Shown here piece after piece: positions 1 to 8,094 of a DNA stretch of 64,000 nucleotides. The DNA lies in assembly GCA_009699605.1 (NCBI GenBank), contig WLNW01000001.1, positions 8,960 through 72,959 on the forward strand. Reading direction: 5' to 3'. This stretch comes from Actinomycetota bacterium (lineage in GTDB: Bacteria; Actinomycetota; Acidimicrobiia; Acidimicrobiales; WLNW01). Both the position numbers and the translations under genes were made by a program. The first letter of the stretch is position 1; every line of letters starts with the position of its first letter. The notes below the pieces were generated by a model that worked only from the letters and a program-made list of their open reading frames with translations, was not told the origin of the DNA and ran no database searches.

Positions 1-35
1 AGCGCTACTTGATCGTCAGAGAGTTCGAAGTCCAT
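1..35 (-). CDS. 5' end of an acyl-CoA dehydrogenase-like gene running off the window (partial)
   Basis: Reverse complement of 1-35 reads ATG GAC TTC GAA CTC TCT GAC GAT CAA GTA GC = MDFELSDDQVA, a typical ACAD N-terminus. The ATG (35..33) lies 1 nt after the TGA (39..37) of the upstream ACAD, so it looks like an operon partner. Confidence 0.45.
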   Translation of the reverse strand, partial: MDFELSDDQVA

Positions 36-36
36 C

Positions 37-1224
37 TCAACGCTCCTTCGGCAGGCCGAGAATGCGCTCGCCCACGATGTTCCGCTGGATCTGCGATGTG
101 CCCGCGGCGATCGACAGGGTCAGGCTGTACACCCGATCGCCCACGAAGTCGACCGTCGACAGGTCCCCGAGGTCTTCCATGGCCAACGTGTGCCGACCGA
201 GGATCTTGTGCGACAAGGCGGTCATGCGCTTGTGCACATCTGCATAGAAGAGCTTGAACACTGAGCCACCAGGGCCGGGCACGCCGGTACGGGTGGCCTG
301 GGAGACGTTGCGCTTGGTGAGCGCCCAGAGTGCGTCGAGCTCGGCTTGCAGTCGGCCGATCTCGCGCCGGACCTCGCCGTCGTCCCACGCTGTCGCGTTG
401 CCCTTCGGTACGGAGCGCGCCACGTGTGCCAGCTCCTTGAGCTTGCGCATCGCCGCGAGCTGCTCGCTGATGAACGCCGTGCCGCGCTCGAAGCTGAAGG
501 TGACCATGGCGACGCGCCACCCGTCGTTCTCGTCGCCGACGCGGTTCTCGACCGGGATGCGCACCTCGTCGAGGAAGACCTCGCTGAACTCGCTCGCGCC
601 GTGAATGGTCTTGATCGGCCGCACCTCGATGCCCGGAAGGTCCATGGGCATGGCGAGCCAGGTGATGCCGCGGTGCTTGGGGGCTTCGGCATCGGTGCGG
701 ACCAGAAGTTCGCAGTAGTCGGAGATCTGCGCGTTCGACGTCCAGATCTTCTGCCCGGTGACCACGTAGTGATCGCCGTCGCGAATGGCCCGCGTAGACA
801 GCGACGCCAGATCGGAGCCGGCATTCGGTTCGCTGAACCCCTGGCACCACACCTCGTCGCCGCGCAGGATGGAAGGCAGGTGCTTGGCCCGCTGCGCATC
901 GGAGGCCTCCATGATGAGCGTGGGACCACCGTGGAGCAGGCCTACGAAGTTGACGCCCACATACGGAGCACCGACCCGCTCGGTCTCCTCGAGGAAGATC
1001 AGGTGCTCGGTCGGCGTCGCGCCACGGCCACCGAACTCCTTGGGCCAGTTGATACCCGCGTAGCCCGCGTCGAACAGCATGCGCTGCCACGCGGTGTCGT
1101 AGGCGCGGCGGGCCACGAAGTCGTTCTCGGGCGGGGGCGGGGCGAGCGTGGGCAGCACACCGTGCAGCCATGCCCGAAGCTCGTCGCGGAAGGCGAGCTC
1201 GTCGGCGGTGAAGCGAAGATCCAC
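37..1224 (-). CDS. acyl-CoA dehydrogenase (long subunit of a tandem pair)
   Basis: 395-aa ORF. N-term MDLRFTADELAFRDELRAWL, mid-protein GFSEPNAGSDLASL, C-term AAGTSQIQRNIVGERILGLP, all typical ACAD blocks. Competing overlapping ORFs are Arg/Pro-rich off-frame products. Confidence 0.9.
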   Translation of the reverse strand: MDLRFTADELAFRDELRAWLHGVLPTLAPPPPENDFVARRAYDTAWQRMLFDAGYAGINWPKEFGGRGATPTEHLIFLEETERVGAPYVGVNFVGLLHGGPTLIMEASDAQRAKHLPSILRGDEVWCQGFSEPNAGSDLASLSTRAIRDGDHYVVTGQKIWTSNAQISDYCELLVRTDAEAPKHRGITWLAMPMDLPGIEVRPIKTIHGASEFSEVFLDEVRIPVENRVGDENDGWRVAMVTFSFERGTAFISEQLAAMRKLKELAHVARSVPKGNATAWDDGEVRREIGRLQAELDALWALTKRNVSQATRTGVPGPGGSVFKLFYADVHKRMTALSHKILGRHTLAMEDLGDLSTVDFVGDRVYSLTLSIAAGTSQIQRNIVGERILGLPKER

Positions 1225-1263
1225 GGGAGGTGAGGCTAGCGGGTCACTCCCGATCGGCTCCCT

Positions 1264-1974
1264 TCAGAGAATGCCCGCGAGCCGGCACGCCATGACGGAG
1301 TGCAGCACCACGGCCACGATCACGAGCACGTGCCAGATCTCGTGATAGCCGAACGTCGCCGGCCATGGATCGGGGCGCATCGCACCCACGACCAGCGCGC
1401 CAGCCGTGTAACAGGCGCCCCCCGCCAGGAGCAGTGCGAAGTTGAGCAGGTTCGTGCCCCGGTAGATCCACGGGAGCAGCACCACAGGGAACCATCCCAG
1501 CGTGAGAAAGATGGTGTTCATCAGGCCCTTCGGCCGGTGGAACGGTATCCATTCGAGGATCACGCCGGCCAGCGCACCGACGGCGAGCACGGCGAGCACG
1601 GCGACCCGCAACCGGCCCGTGAGGATGAGGAGCCCCACCGGAGCGGCCTGCGCCGCGATGCACACGTAGATCGCGGTGTGGTCGAGTTGGATCAGTCGGT
1701 GATAGCGGGCTGGCGGCCACGGTCGCAGGTGCACCAACGCGCTGACCCCGAACATGAACGATCCACCGACCGCGAAGAGCGCCAGCGCAACCTTGGCCAT
1801 GCCGCCGTGAGCGAGAACAACCTCGACGACCCCGATGGGCAACGAGAGAAAGAACGCCCAGCGATGCGAGACGCCGCGCCAACGCGGCCGCTGGCGCGAC
1901 AACATGCGCACGACGGACGGTGAGAGATCCGACGTGACGCGGCTGGTGCGCCGCCTCGGCGCGGTTCGACCCAT
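1264..1974 (-). CDS. hemolysin III / PAQR-family integral membrane protein
   Basis: Polytopic hydrophobic protein ending ...FGYHEIWHVLVIVAVVLHSVMA (HlyIII-type His motif). Start placed at the internal Met (MGRTAPRR...) because the 5' 59 codons of the 295-aa ORF are Arg/Cys-rich and non-protein-like. The start is uncertain. Confidence 0.7.
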   Translation of the reverse strand: MGRTAPRRRTSRVTSDLSPSVVRMLSRQRPRWRGVSHRWAFFLSLPIGVVEVVLAHGGMAKVALALFAVGGSFMFGVSALVHLRPWPPARYHRLIQLDHTAIYVCIAAQAAPVGLLILTGRLRVAVLAVLAVGALAGVILEWIPFHRPKGLMNTIFLTLGWFPVVLLPWIYRGTNLLNFALLLAGGACYTAGALVVGAMRPDPWPATFGYHEIWHVLVIVAVVLHSVMACRLAGIL

Positions 1975-2062
1975 GCGCCGACCGTAGCGGTTGCATAGTC
2001 TCCGGCCTTCACTTCGACGCAGTGCGCAACGCGCACCGCGTCGCTCACCTCGGGGGATCACG

Positions 2063-2854
2063 ATGACCGACGGTACGCACATCGATCTGGGCAGCGCCAT
2101 GATCACCATGGTCGAACCGACCGACGACCCCGATCGTCTACACGAGTACAACCGCTGGTACGAGCACGACCACTGCTACTCCGGCGTCATGATCGGGCCA
2201 TGGGCGTTCTCCTACGGCCGCTTCGTCGCCACGCGCGCGTTGAAGGACCTGCGGTTCCCCCCGGCGAGCACAGTGAGCACCCCCGTCGATCAAGGCAGCT
2301 TCATCGCCTTCTACTGGTACCTCGCTGACAAGGTCGACGAGCACTTCGCCTGGTCGTTCCCGGCCACCCAGGAACTCGCGGCCGAGGGCCGCATGAATGG
2401 CGAGCGCACGCACATCTCGACGTCGTTGTACGACTTCCGCGGCTCGGTGAACCGGCCGGACTGGCCGGTGCCGGCCGAGGTCAGCCTCGATCATCGGTAC
2501 CCAGGCGTCGTGTGCCTGTGGATCGATCGAGCCGAGGCGGGTTCCAGCGACGCGCTGGTCGCCTGGCTCACCGGCGACTTCCTGCCGTGGGTATTCAGCG
2601 AACCGTCGACCCTCGCGCAGGCGCTCGTGTTCTCGCCGCGCGACTTCCCGAACATCCCAAACTCCGGGGTCGGAGTCGATCAAAAGGTGCTTGTCGCGCT
2701 CTTCGTGCAGGGCGACCCGCGCGACATCTGGGAGTCGCACATCGCGCCGATGGCCGACTCGGTCGCCGCCGCGGGCTACGGCACAATCGGCCTCGCCGCG
2801 CCGTTCATCGCCGTGGTGCCCGGCACCGACACGTACCTCGATCAGCTCTGGTAG
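2063..2854 (+). CDS. hypothetical protein (possible tandem dimeric alpha/beta-barrel, EthD/DUF4286-like)
   Basis: Start at ATG 2063 (MTDGTHIDLGSAMITMVEP...). Contains an EYNRWYEHDH motif reminiscent of the 'xNxWYxxEH' blocks of EthD/DUF4286-type proteins. Composition is balanced and GC3 is high. The function call is weak. Confidence 0.6.
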   Translation: MTDGTHIDLGSAMITMVEPTDDPDRLHEYNRWYEHDHCYSGVMIGPWAFSYGRFVATRALKDLRFPPASTVSTPVDQGSFIAFYWYLADKVDEHFAWSFPATQELAAEGRMNGERTHISTSLYDFRGSVNRPDWPVPAEVSLDHRYPGVVCLWIDRAEAGSSDALVAWLTGDFLPWVFSEPSTLAQALVFSPRDFPNIPNSGVGVDQKVLVALFVQGDPRDIWESHIAPMADSVAAAGYGTIGLAAPFIAVVPGTDTYLDQLW

Positions 2855-3396
2855 CCATCCGCAGGGCGCAAGGCCAAGAGCAATGCGTCGACGAGCACGT
2901 CGAGCTCGTCGACGCACTCGTCGAACACCGGTTGCTCGCCCGCCGCAGGGTCGACGACCTCTTCCCAGTCCTCGGACTCGATGGTCTCGAGCCGCAGCGC
3001 ACGCACCCGCTCGGCCAGCGTTGCGTCAGACGCCGAGGACAGCAGCTGCACCAACCGTTTGATGGTCGCGGTCCGCGGGGCGGCTGCGGGATGGTTCTCG
3101 CGTACCCAACGAACGTGCTCGGGCGCCATGGCCACGACCAGCGCGGCCGAGGACGCGTCGTCGCGCCACAACTGACGGCTACGGTGCGTTCGGTCGACCA
3201 GCCCGTGGCGTTCGAGCGCTCGGCGCGTGCGCACGCTCATGGGATGACCTTCGATCACGTGGGTACCCGCGCCGGTGACGCGGAACGCGTCGCTGCGATC
3301 GCGCAGCATCACGGTGGCCATCACTGACCGAGCCGCATTGCCGGTACACAGGAAGAGCACGTGATCGCGCGAGTCGATCGGTTGTTCGTCGGCCAT
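2842..3396 (-). CDS. low-molecular-weight protein-tyrosine-phosphatase / ArsC-type phosphatase family protein
   Basis: MADEQPIDSRDHVLFLCTGNAARSVMA... carries the CX5R(S/T) P-loop (CTGNAARS). Start at internal Met 3396, because the upstream part of the 300-aa ORF is His/Arg-rich junk. Confidence 0.8.
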   Translation of the reverse strand: MADEQPIDSRDHVLFLCTGNAARSVMATVMLRDRSDAFRVTGAGTHVIEGHPMSVRTRRALERHGLVDRTHRSRQLWRDDASSAALVVAMAPEHVRWVRENHPAAAPRTATIKRLVQLLSSASDATLAERVRALRLETIESEDWEEVVDPAAGEQPVFDECVDELDVLVDALLLALRPADGYQS

Positions 3397-3422
3397 GCTC
3401 AGATGCCCTCGAGCGGGCACGG

Positions 3423-3737
3423 TCACCGCAAGGGGCCTTCGGTGGCGCCCGAGTACTTGTTGATGTCGATGCCGGTGATGCCGATGGCCCCCATGACGCC
3501 GCCAAAGGCGGCCATGTGCGGGCTCACCATGTGTGCGGCGAGGGCCTCTTCGCTCTCCCACTTCTCGAAGATCAACACGGTGCCGGCTTCGGTGCGCGAG
3601 TTGTAGATCTCGTAGCTGCCACAGCCCGCTTCCTGAAGGGTCTCGGCCTGCATGGCCGCAAAGCCGGTCTCGAGCGCTTCGCGCTTGGCCGGATCGAATG
3701 AGATTGTCCCTGCGATGATGATCATGGGTGGCGACAT
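3423..3737 (-). CDS. antibiotic-biosynthesis-monooxygenase (ABM) domain protein
   Basis: About 104 aa from MSPPMIIIAGTISFDP... with FEKWESEEALAAHMVSPHM, the typical ABM/ferredoxin-like-fold signature. Confidence 0.75.
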   Translation of the reverse strand: MSPPMIIIAGTISFDPAKREALETGFAAMQAETLQEAGCGSYEIYNSRTEAGTVLIFEKWESEEALAAHMVSPHMAAFGGVMGAIGITGIDINKYSGATEGPLR

Positions 3738-3750
3738 TACCCACTCCCCA

Positions 3751-4404
3751 CTATGCGCGAGGTCGGTAGTCGGCCTGTCGGTCGGCGAGGGCTCGCATGT
3801 CAACGCGGATGAACAACGCCTCGGCCTCGGCGGTGAGCACTCCGTTGGCGTGGCACGTGGCCTTCGAAAGGATGCGCCGGCCGCTCGTGTAATCGACCCA
3901 GGCGACGAAGTGGAGTTCGGTGTCGAGCGGCGTCACCTTGCGGTACTTCACCTCAAGGGTGCCGGTGACCGCGCTCGGACCGTCCACGAGGCGGATCGTG
4001 CCGCCGAGCACGTCGTCGAACAACCCGGCCACGTAACCACCGTGCACGCCGTGCGGTGGCCCTTCGTAAAGCTGGTTGCAGACCACGCGCGCTTCGACGC
4101 GCCGGCGACCGTCCGCGAGGTCGACGATCTCGGCCGACATCCCGGCCGACAGCGCGTTCGACCGACCGCGAAACAGTGAGCCGTCGTTGAAGTTCATGTC
4201 GTGCAGGTGGGCGCGGCCGTCGGTACCGATCGCGTCGAACCAACGCGGTTTGGGCTCCGTGGCGAGGCCGGCCCGAATCGTGCGGATCTCCGCGATCGCG
4301 TCGCGCAGCACGCTCGCATCGGAGTCGGAGCGATGAAGTTGCAAAAGCAGGCCGCGTAGCTCAGCGGCGAGCTCGTACTCGAGATCGCGGTCGCGGTCGG
4401 TCAC
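3751..4404 (-). CDS. PaaI/hotdog-fold thioesterase family protein
   Basis: C-terminal half ...LYEGPPHGVHGGYVAGLFDDVLGG...GTLEVKYRKVTPLDTEL matches hotdog thioesterase blocks. GTG start at 4404 overlaps the TGA of the upstream gene (GTGA). Confidence 0.75.
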   Translation of the reverse strand: MTDRDRDLEYELAAELRGLLLQLHRSDSDASVLRDAIAEIRTIRAGLATEPKPRWFDAIGTDGRAHLHDMNFNDGSLFRGRSNALSAGMSAEIVDLADGRRRVEARVVCNQLYEGPPHGVHGGYVAGLFDDVLGGTIRLVDGPSAVTGTLEVKYRKVTPLDTELHFVAWVDYTSGRRILSKATCHANGVLTAEAEALFIRVDMRALADRQADYRPRA

Positions 4405-4838
4405 GCCGCCAACTCTGCGTCGGCCTTGATGCCGGCCGCGAAACGGGCCACGGCGCGTTCGTAGATGCGGCGCACGACCGCCGAGGTGCCCGGGACGCGC
4501 GGTTCGAAGGTGGACGACCATTCGAGCACCGTCACCCCACCCTCGTCGCGAAGCACCATTTTGCTGGTGTACGTCTTCGTCATCTGCTTCGAGTTCAAGC
4601 GGTACGTCATGCGCGTCGGCGGCTCCCACGCGGTGACCTCCTCGCGCACCTTCATCGGGCCGGCTTGGAAGCAGCGAATCGCTCCCAGACCGTTCGGTGC
4701 CGGCGTTCCGGGTCGCTCGATGATGACGGTCTTCGCGCTGCCCCACCGGGCGTAGCGGACGTGGTCGGTCATGACCTCCCACACTGCAGCCACGGGCGCA
4801 TCGATGCGCGTGACTGACGCGAACGTCGTGTTCACCAT
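4401..4838 (-). CDS. SRPBCC (START/polyketide-cyclase-like) family protein
   Basis: 145 aa, MVNTTFASVTRIDAPVAAVWEVMTDHVRYARW... is a typical SRPBCC N-terminus. Coupled to both neighbouring genes by overlaps. Confidence 0.75.
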   Translation of the reverse strand: MVNTTFASVTRIDAPVAAVWEVMTDHVRYARWGSAKTVIIERPGTPAPNGLGAIRCFQAGPMKVREEVTAWEPPTRMTYRLNSKQMTKTYTSKMVLRDEGGVTVLEWSSTFEPRVPGTSAVVRRIYERAVARFAAGIKADAELAA

Positions 4839-5782
4839 GCTGCTGCCTCCTGCACAATGGATGCGAGGTACTCGCGAGTGCGAGCGAAGATCTTGTCCTT
4901 GTGCGCACCCCAGGCGAAGGGGGCCATCAGCACGTCGGTGGCTCCGAGTTCGGCGTAGCGCTTCAGCCGCATGCTGACCGCGGCCTCGTCGCCGACGAAC
5001 AACACGTGCTCGGGCCGCGGATCGGCACCGTGTTCGAGGATGCGGTTGTAGGTCGGGATCTGGGCGTACATCGAGAAGATGCGCGCCGCGTTCTCGCGAC
5101 CGTCGTCGACATCGTCGCATATGGCGATGGGCATGCCGACCACCACCCGGGGCGACGGTCGCCCGGCTGCGGCAGCCGCTGCGGTGATGCGGGGCAGCAC
5201 GTGGGTCTCGAGCGCCTGTTCGTCGGTCAGCCACAAGATGGTGCCGTCGGCGCGCTCGCCGGCGAGCCGAAGCATGTACGGCGCCAAGGCGGCGACCAAC
5301 AGGCCCGGCGGTTTCGCCGGGGCATCGGGAACGGAGAAGATCGACGAGAAGTCGTAGAACTCGCCGTGCGCGTCGGCGCGACCGTTGCCGGCGAACGCGC
5401 TGTGCAGCGCCTCGACGTACTCGCGCGTGTGCACACCGGCCCGGTCGTACGAGTAGCCGTACATCTTCTCGATGACTGACGGGTGCGACGGGCCGATGCC
5501 CAACGTGAGCCGCCCGCCAGCCGCCGCGTTGGTCGACAGCGCGCCACGGGCCATGGCTTGGGGATGGAACGGGTAGGTGGGCACGACGGCAGTACCCAGC
5601 TCGATGCGCGAGGTCTCGCGGCCCGCGATGGTGAGCGCGACCATCGCGTCGAGGCTCCACGGCACGTAGGGCACCCACCCGCTCGCGAGCCCCACGGCCT
5701 CGGCCCACTGCGCGCGTTCGATGAGATCGTCGATGCCCACCTGCGACGGGCTCGTATCGCTGATGAACATGCCGAGCTTCAC
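4832..5782 (-). CDS. luciferase-like monooxygenase (LLM, F420-dependent-type) oxidoreductase
   Basis: VKLGMFISD...IELGTAVVPTYPFHPQAMARGALS...GRLTLGIGPSH... are LLM blocks. GTG start at 5782 overlaps the upstream stop (GTGA). Confidence 0.85.
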   Translation of the reverse strand: MKLGMFISDTSPSQVGIDDLIERAQWAEAVGLASGWVPYVPWSLDAMVALTIAGRETSRIELGTAVVPTYPFHPQAMARGALSTNAAAGGRLTLGIGPSHPSVIEKMYGYSYDRAGVHTREYVEALHSAFAGNGRADAHGEFYDFSSIFSVPDAPAKPPGLLVAALAPYMLRLAGERADGTILWLTDEQALETHVLPRITAAAAAAGRPSPRVVVGMPIAICDDVDDGRENAARIFSMYAQIPTYNRILEHGADPRPEHVLFVGDEAAVSMRLKRYAELGATDVLMAPFAWGAHKDKIFARTREYLASIVQEAAAW

Positions 5783-6513
5783 GACAGACCCCCAAGGTCG
5801 TCCACCGAGCGTGGCGCGCACCAGTCGATCACGGCCACGAGCGCCTCGCATAAACGGTCCGAGGCCATGGCCAGGTTGGCCTCGAACTGCGCCACGGTGT
5901 CGGCATGCGCGTCGACCAGGTCGGTGATCGCCTTCACCGCCAGGATGGGCACATCGAGAAGCTCGGCCACCCAGGCCACGGCCGCGCCCTCCATGTCCTT
6001 CACCGACGCTCCGCTCGCCGCGATCATGCGCCGGTCGTCGTCGGTCTCGTCGAGGGAATTGCCGGTGGTCACGATGCCTTGGCGAAGGCCGAGCACCCGC
6101 GCGAGCGCATCGGCGCGCACCGCGGGATAGCTGCCGACCCCGTAGGACTCGTAGCCGGGGATCGCGATCCGTCGATCGTGATAGACGAAGTGCGTCTCGC
6201 TCAGGTAGACGTCGCCGATCCTCCCACCGGCCCGCGCCCATCCGCCGGCCGTGCCCGCAGTGATCACGAGATCTGGTCGGTGCTGCTCGAGCGCAAGGTA
6301 GGTGTTGAGCGCCGCGGGTTGCGTGCCGATCTTGTCGACGCCGTGGCGCGGGTCGCGTCCGTTCACCGCGACGACCACCTCGCAGCCGGAGCGTTCGGCC
6401 ACATACCAACCGAACGAGAGCGAGGGCGGCGACGCCCGCGCAACGGCACCGAGTCGTTCGAGCACCGGTGCTGCTTCGGCGCCCATGGCCATGACGATGA
6501 CGATCCGTTTCAT
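5779..6513 (-). CDS. 5'-methylthioadenosine/S-adenosylhomocysteine nucleosidase-family protein
   Basis: 244 aa. MKRIVIVMAMGAEAAP..., ITAGTAGG, VKDMEGAAVA and AVKAITDLVD are PNP_UDP_1/MTN-type blocks. Confidence 0.8.
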   Translation of the reverse strand: MKRIVIVMAMGAEAAPVLERLGAVARASPPSLSFGWYVAERSGCEVVVAVNGRDPRHGVDKIGTQPAALNTYLALEQHRPDLVITAGTAGGWARAGGRIGDVYLSETHFVYHDRRIAIPGYESYGVGSYPAVRADALARVLGLRQGIVTTGNSLDETDDDRRMIAASGASVKDMEGAAVAWVAELLDVPILAVKAITDLVDAHADTVAQFEANLAMASDRLCEALVAVIDWCAPRSVDDLGGLS

Positions 6514-6585
6514 GTGGGTCGATCGTACGCGGGATGCCCGACACCACCGCTCGCCCCGATCGGGCGCGCGCGCAAGAATGTCGCC

Positions 6586-7593
6586 ATGTCCGACAGCTCA
6601 GCCATCAGCCACGGCCTCGACTTCGTCCGCGAACGCTTCGTCGAGACCAACGGCATCCGCATGCACGTAGTCGAAGCCGGGCCCGTCGACGGCCCCGCCG
6701 TGGTGCTGTGCCACGGCTTCCCCGAGAGCTGGTACTCGTGGCGCCATCAGCTCCGGGCGCTCGGCGCGGCCGGGTACCACGTGATCGCCCCCGATCAGCG
6801 GGGCTACGGCCAGACCGACATGCCCGACGACATCGACTCGTACACCCAGCTGCACCTGGTGGCTGATCTCGTCGGCCTGCTCGATGCTTCGGGCATCGAA
6901 CGAGCCGTGGTCGTCGGCCACGACTGGGGCGCACCGGTGGCCTGGAACGCGGCCGCGCTCCGGCCCGACCGCTTCGTGGCCATGAGCGCGCTGTCGGTGC
7001 ACTGGAGCGGGTACCACCCGTATACCGGGCCGCCGACGGCTTCGATGCGCGACGCGCTGCGGGGCGGCTTTCTCTACGTGTTGCACTTCCAGGAACCCGG
7101 CGTGGCCGAGGCCGAGCTCGATAGCGACATCCGCGCCACGCTGGGTCGGTTCCTGTATTCGCTGTCGGGCGACATCCCACGCGACCAGTACCGGTTCTTC
7201 GACGCCGCGGCGCGCGACATGAGCGGGGTGCTCGTCGACGCGCCGGGCCCGTTGCCCTGGCTCACTGCGCACGATCTCGACGTCTTCACGGCCGAGTTCG
7301 AACGACGGGGCACGTTCCGTGGCGGCATCAACTGGTACCGCAACATCGACGCGAACGCAGCGTTGCTGGCCGCGTTCGTGGGGCGCCGCGTCGAACAGCC
7401 TGCGCTGTTCATCGGCGCGGAACGAGACTCGATATTCGGCCAGACCCGGGAGTCCGTCGACGCAACTCGCAGCGCGGCGCCCCAGCTGCAGCAGGTGTGG
7501 ATCGCCGGCAGCGGCCACTGGGTGCAACAGGAACGTCCCGACGAAGTCAACGCGGCGCTACTCGATTTCCTCGGGGCGCTCCCGCGTTGGTGA
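6586..7593 (+). CDS. alpha/beta-hydrolase, epoxide-hydrolase-like
   Basis: ATG verified at 6586 (MSDSSAISHGLDF...). HGFPESWYSWRHQ (HGXP oxyanion motif) and GHDWGA nucleophile elbow are present. 335 aa. Confidence 0.9.
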   Translation: MSDSSAISHGLDFVRERFVETNGIRMHVVEAGPVDGPAVVLCHGFPESWYSWRHQLRALGAAGYHVIAPDQRGYGQTDMPDDIDSYTQLHLVADLVGLLDASGIERAVVVGHDWGAPVAWNAAALRPDRFVAMSALSVHWSGYHPYTGPPTASMRDALRGGFLYVLHFQEPGVAEAELDSDIRATLGRFLYSLSGDIPRDQYRFFDAAARDMSGVLVDAPGPLPWLTAHDLDVFTAEFERRGTFRGGINWYRNIDANAALLAAFVGRRVEQPALFIGAERDSIFGQTRESVDATRSAAPQLQQVWIAGSGHWVQQERPDEVNAALLDFLGALPRW

Positions 7594-8094
7594 GAGGTGC
7601 ACGCGGCAGCTGCCGATCATGGTGGTGAACGCGTGCTGAAACCGTGCGGTGTCCTCGGCCAGGCAGGACGCGACGATCTGGTAGATCACACGCGCCGAGG
7701 AGTGGGGATGTTCGAGGTCAGCGTCGAGCAGTGCGTGCAGCTGCGAGAGCCGGACGCCCTCGTTACGCACGTCGAAGGCTCGAAGGCGCACAACGGCGGC
7801 GGCATCGCCGCAATGCGCCACACGCTCGCTGCGCACCTCGACTGCGTCGTAGGTCGCCGCGACATGTCTTTCACCCGCAGCCATCACGGTCGCGAGATCG
7901 AGGTCCGCCGGCACGCCCTCGCGGCTGATGACCACGTTGGTGCGAAACCAACCATGGTCCTCCGCTGGGCGGAGCACCGCCAGGGTTCCCGGTGCGTCGT
8001 GCACCTGCCACCCCTCGGCGAGCACGAGGTGCAACCGACGAGTGCCGTCGTCGTCGAGTAGCACCAAGATCACCGGGCCGTCGGCGAGGGTCAC
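7558..8094 (-). CDS. hypothetical protein, LpqN/DUF1795 (PsbP-like)-like; third gene of the WXG-like operon
   Basis: 178 aa. EGWQVHDAPGTLAVLRPAEDHGWFRTNVVISREGVP resembles the 'P.GW....f.pN(i/v)v(v/i)..e.l' pattern of LpqN/DUF1795 proteins. GTG start overlaps the upstream stop (GTGA). No TM segment or signal peptide is visible. The 3' end overlaps the convergent epoxide hydrolase gene by 36 nt. Confidence 0.65.
   Translation of the reverse strand: MTLADGPVILVLLDDDGTRRLHLVLAEGWQVHDAPGTLAVLRPAEDHGWFRTNVVISREGVPADLDLATVMAAGERHVAATYDAVEVRSERVAHCGDAAAVVRLRAFDVRNEGVRLSQLHALLDADLEHPHSSARVIYQIVASCLAEDTARFQHAFTTMIGSCRVHLSPTRERPEEIE

Noticed and set aside
5905-6585. 5' extensions of many track ORFs (e.g. 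5905..7593, 50865..52727, 50883..52535, 18023, 18841, 38051, 39975, 42083, 61000, 61955)
   Set aside because: The N-terminal extensions overlap neighbouring genes, are compositionally aberrant, and the family-conserved N-termini begin at internal ATG/GTG codons, often with an RBS. The shorter coordinates were reported instead.
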